Positions 56,425-64,000 of a stretch of 64,000 bases of DNA are shown piece by piece (positions within the stretch are counted from its first letter, which is position 1; the number at the start of each line of letters is the position of its first letter). Under the pieces are notes generated by a model, which saw only the letters and a list, made by a program, of their open reading frames with translations, was not told the DNA's origin and made no database searches. Position numbers and translations under genes: made by a program. The DNA is from the human T2T-CHM13v2.0 reference genome, Homo sapiens. Where the stretch lies: the NCBI RefSeq assembly GCF_009914755.1, contig NC_060942.1; one strand, written 5' to 3'.

Positions 56425-57309
56425 GGTATTTTCTGCATTATGTGTCCAAGGAATATCTTTGTGAGATATTGTATCAAGATGTTCAGGGTACTTAATTCTT
56501 TAAACAGTAAGCAATTGTCTATGAAATGACATTTCATTTTATTTTTTTAATCTAAACATCCCTTTTATGACCTGTAATGTGCTTGATAATTTGACTAGTA
56601 TTCAGTTGTAATATATTTTTGCCTTAATTAACAATTCACAATTATACTATAAATAAGGAGAAAAAGACATGTTATGAATGAAACTACTAAAAAACTAATT
56701 ATTTATATTAGGCATAGATAATACATTATCAGCATAGTTGAGACTCATAAAGCTGTGTTAGGCATACACACTTTGTATGTAAATAGTATGTAAGATATAA
56801 ACAGAATTCATAAAATGTGTACATTGATGATTAAGTTCCTTACCTACGAGACATATTAGACAAGAAATAAAATAAGATTCTATATGTTGAATATAAATAG
56901 AAGGAAATGGAATGGCCCAGAGGAAGCTAATATTCAAAACACACAAATTCTTTAAACAGTAAGCAATTTCCTATGAGATGCAGTTGATGCACCTGAAGCA
57001 CTCAGTATTCATGACATCTTAAAGTGACCGCCCTCTGCTAACAACCATTATGATTCCATCTTACCTACACCTGTCTTTTGTCCAAGAAACTTATATAAAA
57101 TTCATAGCTCTTCTTCCAGGTAAACTTGAGAAGAGATTCAGATTAGTACTACTAATGAATGATGTTTTCATTGGGTAAGATAATTCCGTGTAATATTGAG
57201 AGCTTTACAATACTTCTTCCGCATATTATAATTTTGTTTGCTAGGCACTTTTCTTTCTTGACACCTTTAATTGTTGCATTCATAGAATATATATTTCTCT
57301 GTACTTTTT

Positions 57310-58412
57310 CATCTTTTTCTACCATTACATTCTAGGGAATGCCATCTTTCATATCTATGAATCTCAAATCTCCACCTCTAGTCCCAATCTTGCCCTTGAG
57401 GTCCAGAGTCATGCATTCAACTGCTTCTGCACTTGTTTGTCTGCATGCTCCTCAGGAGTCTCTATTCTAGATGCCCAAACTCAATGTGTCATTTGCTTGT
57501 TCCCCAGCCTCCTATATCCCCTCGTTATTCATCCTCCAAAGTTACTTCTCTCCTATATTACTTTCTTCTGTGGAAGGTGCTGAAGTTAAGAACCAATGAG
57601 GAACCATAGATTTCTCTTTTCCTTTTCTAGAATGCCAAACTAAATATTACATCCTGTAAATTTCACTCCATAACTGTTTCTCAAAATTTCTCTCATGGTA
57701 TGTGCCTATTTGCCTTAAATTAGTATTTCAATATCCTTAATCTGGAATGTTTTAAGAGTTTTCTTATTGATACCTTTCCCTTTCATAGTGTTTTCTTCCA
57801 AAAACTATAATGTACACTGTTGCCAGTGTGATTTTCCTAAAATAAAAGTTTGATATTATACTTTCTGCCCCACATTGAGCTTATAGCTCTCTGCCCTACT
57901 GAAAACTCCCTGAGGATTCACATTGCTAACAATATGAAAGCCAAGTTTCTTCGTATAAATAACAAGGCTCCCCATTACCTAGTCCCTACTTTTTGCTGCA
58001 AATTTTTGTCTTTTTTTCTCCTTGCCCTGCAACATCAAGCAACACGGAAAGACTTGAAGTTCCTTGAACACTGTATGTTTATTCATCTATTGATGCTGTT
58101 CTCTTTGCTAGAATCCCTTATCCCCCTTCCCTCCCATCTGCCTGGTAAATTTGATTGGCTTTAAGTCCTCTCCAAAGCTTTCATTGTATGTCCTGATAAT
58201 TAATAATCTTCTATTCATGTTGCCTATACACTTTCATCATTGAACTTCTCACCTTGTATTGTATTCCTTTTCCTTGTAATTATAATGTTATAATTATCTG
58301 TTCACTTAGTTGATTGTGAGGTGCTGACAGTAAGGACTGTGTTTTCTTCATTGTAATATACTGAGTGCCAAGAATAACGTAGCATCTCAGCAAATATGTG
58401 TTAAACATTTGA
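57310..58412 (+). mobile_element. L2 (about 1.1 kb, 3' portion)
   Basis: 'tctcaaatctccacctctagtccc', 'tgccagtgtgattttcctaaaa', 'gtaaggactgtgttttcttc...ctcagcaaatatgtg'. Confidence 0.8.
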
Positions 58413-58553
58413 GCTGATGATGGTCTCTGGAGAAAAAAAAGAGACATTAGCAAATTTAACTAACAGAAGAGCCATATTTTCCAGGTCTGAAAGGAATCAT
58501 GCACCTTATTCTGTGCAAAATCTTTCCTGAGATGTTCTTAAAGATTATTTTAA

Positions 58554-59530
58554 GCTATTTTTATTAATTATGGTAAAAAGTAACATGAAGTTTACCATCT
58601 CGACCAGTCTAAATGTACAACTCAGTAGTGTTAGGAATATTCACATTGTTGTGAAATGTGTATGCAGGAAGTTTTCATCTTGCAAAACTCAAACTCAGTA
58701 CCTATTAAACAACTCCTCTATTACCACAACAAGGATGAACATATGCCATGTGAAATAAGCTAGTCACAAAAAAAATAAATACTGGATGATTCCACTTATA
58801 TGAGTTGGAAACAGGAAAATTCATAGAAATAGAAAGTAGAATGGTGATTAGCAGGCTCTGCGAGTAGGGATAATGGAGGAGTTGGCATATGTTGCCAGAA
58901 TTCATCCTTGTTGTAGCAGGTGACAGGATTTCTGTCTTATTTAAAGCTGAATAATATTTCTTCATAGGTATACACCATTTATGTTTTGATAGATGTTTGT
59001 GTTGCTGATACCATTTGGCTGTTATGAATAGTGCTAGTATGAACATGGGTGTGCGAAAACATCTCTATTCAAAACCCGGCTTTCAATTATTTTAGATATA
59101 AGTCCAAAGATGAGATTGCTTGATCATTTGGTAATTTTATTTTTAACTTTTTGAGGAATCTCAATATGGTTTTCCATACCAATTTTGCCATTTTATCATC
59201 CCACCAAGAGCATACAAAAGTTCCAATTTCTTCATATCTTCACCTGTTTTTTTTTTCATAGTAGCTATCCTGATGGATGTAAGGTGATGTTAGAGTTTTG
59301 ATTTGCATTTCTATGATGATTAGTGACACTGGGCATCTTTTCATAGCCTTGTTGACCATTTGTGTATTGTCCTTGGAGAAACGTCTATTCAAGTCTGTTG
59401 CCTGCTTTCTAATTGGGTTGATTTTTGTGTGTGGATGAGTTGTAGGAATTTTTTATGTACTCAGTATATTAACACCTTATCAGATATATAATTTGCAAAT
59501 ATTTTCTTCATTCCATAGGTTGCCTTGTCA
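58554..59530 (-). mobile_element. L1MB-like 3' fragment with internal inversion
   Basis: Antisense L1MB 3'UTR/ORF2 end. TSD 'cttaaagat(t/a)attttaa' at 58537-58553 and 59531-59547. Confidence 0.88.
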
Positions 59531-60399
59531 CTTAAAGATAATTTTAACACTATTCATAGCAAATTTTATAAAGTTCATAAAAATGTATGCACTGTGTGCA
59601 TTTGAGTAGTTGAGACTTCGGAAGGAAAGTGAGCTGTTAGACGTATTTGGGAGTTACTGCATCATACTGCATTTCATCAGATGATACAAGTTTTGCTTCT
59701 ATCACTTTTATTGAAGGTTTTTAAAAAATTCCTGCTCACTGTACTGCTTAGATGAAGTAGATGGCAGTGCAACTTGTGTTTTGATATTTAAAAAATTTTA
59801 TGGAAGTGAATAGGAAAGGAAGAAGGACACCCAAAATGGAAGCTTGAGATGTTGACATCCATGGCATTTGTGGGCTACACAGGAACTGAGGCTCTTCAGG
59901 CTGGGGAGAATGGGGAAAAATATTTTAATGCCCTATATAGAAATGATTTTTCAAATCCTATCAAGGTAGTTGGTGCTATTTCTAATGGAAAGTATCTTCA
60001 CTCTGGCTTCTGCAATGTAATCTATTTCCTCAGCTGAACTAACTTCTCTATTTTCCTTTGTCCCTCACCCCTCCTTTTGTGGGTGGGACAGGGAGCCTTT
60101 TTCCTAAATCTTCTTGTGTCAGTCATGGTGTTCTGAGCCAGCTTCTCCCTGATTTGTCTTCCCCTTAAGAATTTTATTCTAGCTCTAATACACCAGTGTT
60201 TCCGTCCAGTATCCTATTTGACTCCTGGCTCAGGTTCTGGAACCAGGAACCTTTCTGTCTCACTCTTTTTAAGTGAATTCTCAAATTTAGAATCCCATTT
60301 CTTCCCAACTTCTCCCACATATTGCTCAGTGTTCATCTGTAGAGAAAGGGTGCCTGACAGAGCAAGCATGTCCCTTCTATCATCTTCCCACTTGCCTAA

Positions 60400-61240
60400 G
60401 GATTCCCACATGTGGCCATCAGAATTCAGCCAGAAAAACACAAGCTGATGTATGTAGTCCAGCAATAAAGGGCTTAATAAAGGAACAGGGGTATTATGGT
60501 TTGGCTCTGTGTTCCCACCCAAATCTCATCTAGAATTGTAATCCCTACGTGTTGGGGGAGGAGCCTGCTGGGAGGTGATTGAATCTTGGGGGCGGACATA
60601 CCCCTTGCTGTTCTCATGATAGTGAGTGAGTTCTCATGGGATCTGATTATTTGAAAGTGTGTGGCACTTCCTCCTTTGTTTGCTCACCCTCCTGCTGCCA
60701 TGTAAGATGGTGCCTTGCTTCTGCTTTTGCCTTCCTCCATGATTTTAAGTTTCCTGAGGCCTCCCCAGCCATGCAGAACTGTAAGTCAATTAAACCTCTT
60801 TTCTTTATAAATTACCCAGTCTCATGTAGTTATTTGTAGCAGTGTGAAAACAGACTAATGCAAGCAGTTTACACAAATGTAGCAAGAACTAGAAAAGCAA
60901 AGTTTTAGGAAGCTGCCAGTGAAGTTCAGGAAAGACCTCAGCCAGAAGCTCAGAAGCAGGTTGTTCTCAAGTAGTTTCTAAGAAATGACGGCAGTTCTAA
61001 AGAATCTCTGGGACTCTACCAGCAGCTCTCTCAGTCTGTAACAGTGCTTCACAGGAGCTCACTGTGACATTTCATGTCTGTCCACACATCTGCCTGCAAC
61101 CCCCAAAGAGAATACTGGCTTCGCCATCTTTTCTGCATTCCAAATCTTATGCAAGAGTTTCTTATTGGCAAACTCTAAGTAAGTCCTATCTAGGCAAGTG
61201 AATTTTGGAAATGTATTTGCAATTCCTTAGGAAGACAGTT
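60400..61240 (-). mobile_element. Old MLT1-like LTR split by THE1D
   Basis: 'ttccaaatcttatgcaagagtttcttattggcaaa...gaattttggaaatgta' resembles old MLT1 in antisense. Confidence 0.45.
60492..60862 (+). mobile_element. THE1D-like solo LTR
   Basis: 'tatggtttggctctgtgttcccacccaaatctcatc...gcagtgtgaaaacagactaatgca'. Confidence 0.92.
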
Positions 61241-61427
61241 CATTGGGATGAGAACTACCAAACCTTTAGAAGCATCTGGTAGCAATCGTGAGTTGCCAGC
61301 AGGCGACCTAGTCTATCATTCCGACTTTGCTCTCTCACACTTCTGGATTTTTTAAAACATTTTACCTGAGCTGTGGTGGCACACATAATTTTTTATAGAT
61401 CATCATTTTATTTGAGTTCAAATCTAT

Positions 61428-61445
61428 GGGGTGGGCGGGGGAGGG
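61428..61445 (+). other. Canonical G-quadruplex motif overlapping a GC box
   Basis: GGGG-T-GGG-C-GGGGG-A-GGG. Confidence 0.7.
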
Positions 61446-61512
61446 CAGAAAAAATAAACAATGAAAAGGAAAGAATTTTTGAAATCCCAAGCAAAAGTCT
61501 TTGCTGTTTTCA

Positions 61513-61531
61513 GCACCTCTAGGTGGCAATC
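61513..61531 (+). promoter_or_regulatory. CTCF core motif
   Basis: CACCTCTAGGTGGCA. Confidence 0.5.
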
Positions 61532-61699
61532 CACAACATGAGGACCAGAATAACTGAGGATAGATTTAAGAAATTGGGTATAGGCATCTGGAATAGGGTT
61601 ACAGATAGTGAAGAAGATATCAAAATGTATCAATAGCGCAAGGAGCACATATATCCAGCTTTAATGTTTTGCATTAATTTTACCTTAAAGTATTTCCAT

Positions 61700-61905
61700 C
61701 CAACTCTTTACCTGAACATAGTGGCATTTATCATATAATTTCTAGTGATATTAGTTTATATTGGGGGTGTGTGTGTTCTGGCTCTCTAACAAGACAGTAA
61801 GCTCTTTGATATTGGGTCCGTATTTTACCTCTTTCTGAATTATTCTCACCTAGCAGAGTAACTTGGCCCTAGTAGACCCTCAGTAAGTGTTTGTTGTTTG
61901 ATTGA
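61700..61905 (+). mobile_element. L2 3' end
   Basis: 'agacagtaagctctttg...cacctagcagagtaacttggccctagtagaccctcagtaagtgtttgttg'. Confidence 0.7.
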
Positions 61906-62329
61906 TAATCCTGTATTTCTTTAGTGTTTAGACTTCCTTCCCCACTGAATGTGTGTGTGTTAGGACCCACTGGAGTGTCACACTGAGAAAAATGGACATC
62001 ATAAAACAGTCCAAAATAGCAATGTAGCTGAATTGACAGTGAATGCCTTGAAAAATGTGCCATAAATTTCCACTCAAAGAACATATATCATCAAGTGCAG
62101 TGTGTGCTTTTGTGAAATATTAAAAGTAAAAAGCAGTCTTTTTAAAATGCTCTTACATTCCTGCATTTCCAGGAATACACACAGGCAGTAGTACCCAGAA
62201 AACACGCTGAACCTAAGACAATGAAATTGGATTGTAAAAGCTCCACTTCTAACAACAATAATAGCAAATTGAGCAATAACCAAAAGAAAAAGAAGTGGTG
62301 GAATTTCAGATATCCTGACACTTGCTGAT

Positions 62330-62980
<651 letters not shown>

Positions 62981-63264
62981 ATTTTTATTGTGTATGAAAT
63001 AGGGTAGAGATAATGTATCTAGAAAACGTTTTCTTCTATCTTTTGTCTCATAATTCCTTGAATATATTAAGCATTACTTTTGAATTCAATGTCTGCTTTA
63101 TCCATTACCTAGATTCCACAGATAGTACATTGTGATCTGAATGTCTCACATTTCCAGTATCTATAAAAGAAAGTCCACAAATATACTTTAAACCATATGC
63201 TTCTGTTTGTTTATTCTTCTCTGAAAACAAATACATTTTATAATTGCATAGTCTACTCTTTTGA

Positions 63265-63580
<316 letters not shown>

Positions 63581-64000
63581 GATTGTTTCATCTTTAAAAT
63601 TTGATTATGTGTTTTAAAATAAGAAAGAACATTTTTATTCATAGAAAGTATGTATAAGGATATTAGATTTGCTATCACTAGTACTAAATAATGGTCAAAT
63701 ATACAGCTTATTTCTCCTTTAGATTATTGATAATGTAATCATATTGTTTACGTGCAGAAGGGAATAACAATATTTAACTGTTTAGTTGACATATTTATTA
63801 AACATGCCCTTAATTCTGGTATCTAAAATATTTTAAATAATTAAATATGGCCTTTTTCTGTTGAATAAATGTGAATTTGTAACTATAAATGATGTATAAA
63901 GTATGAAGTTAAATTTCTTTTGTATGTTAAAAATATTTGGTGAGGTAATTCATCATATCTCACATAGATAATAGCAGTAAATATCTGAGTATTTAAAAAT

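Overview
AT-rich primate (human-like) non-coding DNA, intergenic or deep intronic. I find no intact protein-coding gene, RNA gene or CRISPR array. The ORF track is explained by Alu-derived frames, L1 ORF1/ORF2 remnants and chance. Much of the window is interspersed repeat: a near full-length L1PA7-like element on the minus strand (18.8-24.9 kb), head-to-head with a 3'-truncated L1PA8-like element (28.2-33.8 kb); an old L1MA/L1M1 element (49.9-56.4 kb); about ten Alus; MaLR/ERV LTRs; MER/MADE DNA transposons; and L2/MIR remnants, with several nested insertions. I see no convincing undescribed biological system. The best leads are a candidate frame-preserving minus-strand microexon (~3.27 kb), possible gene conversion between the inverted L1s, templated-insertion and inversion scars inside old L1s, two strong CTCF motifs (one next to a G-quadruplex) and a few enhancer-like motif clusters. 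Subfamily names come from recalled consensus sequences, not a database search, and boundaries of old repeats are approximate.
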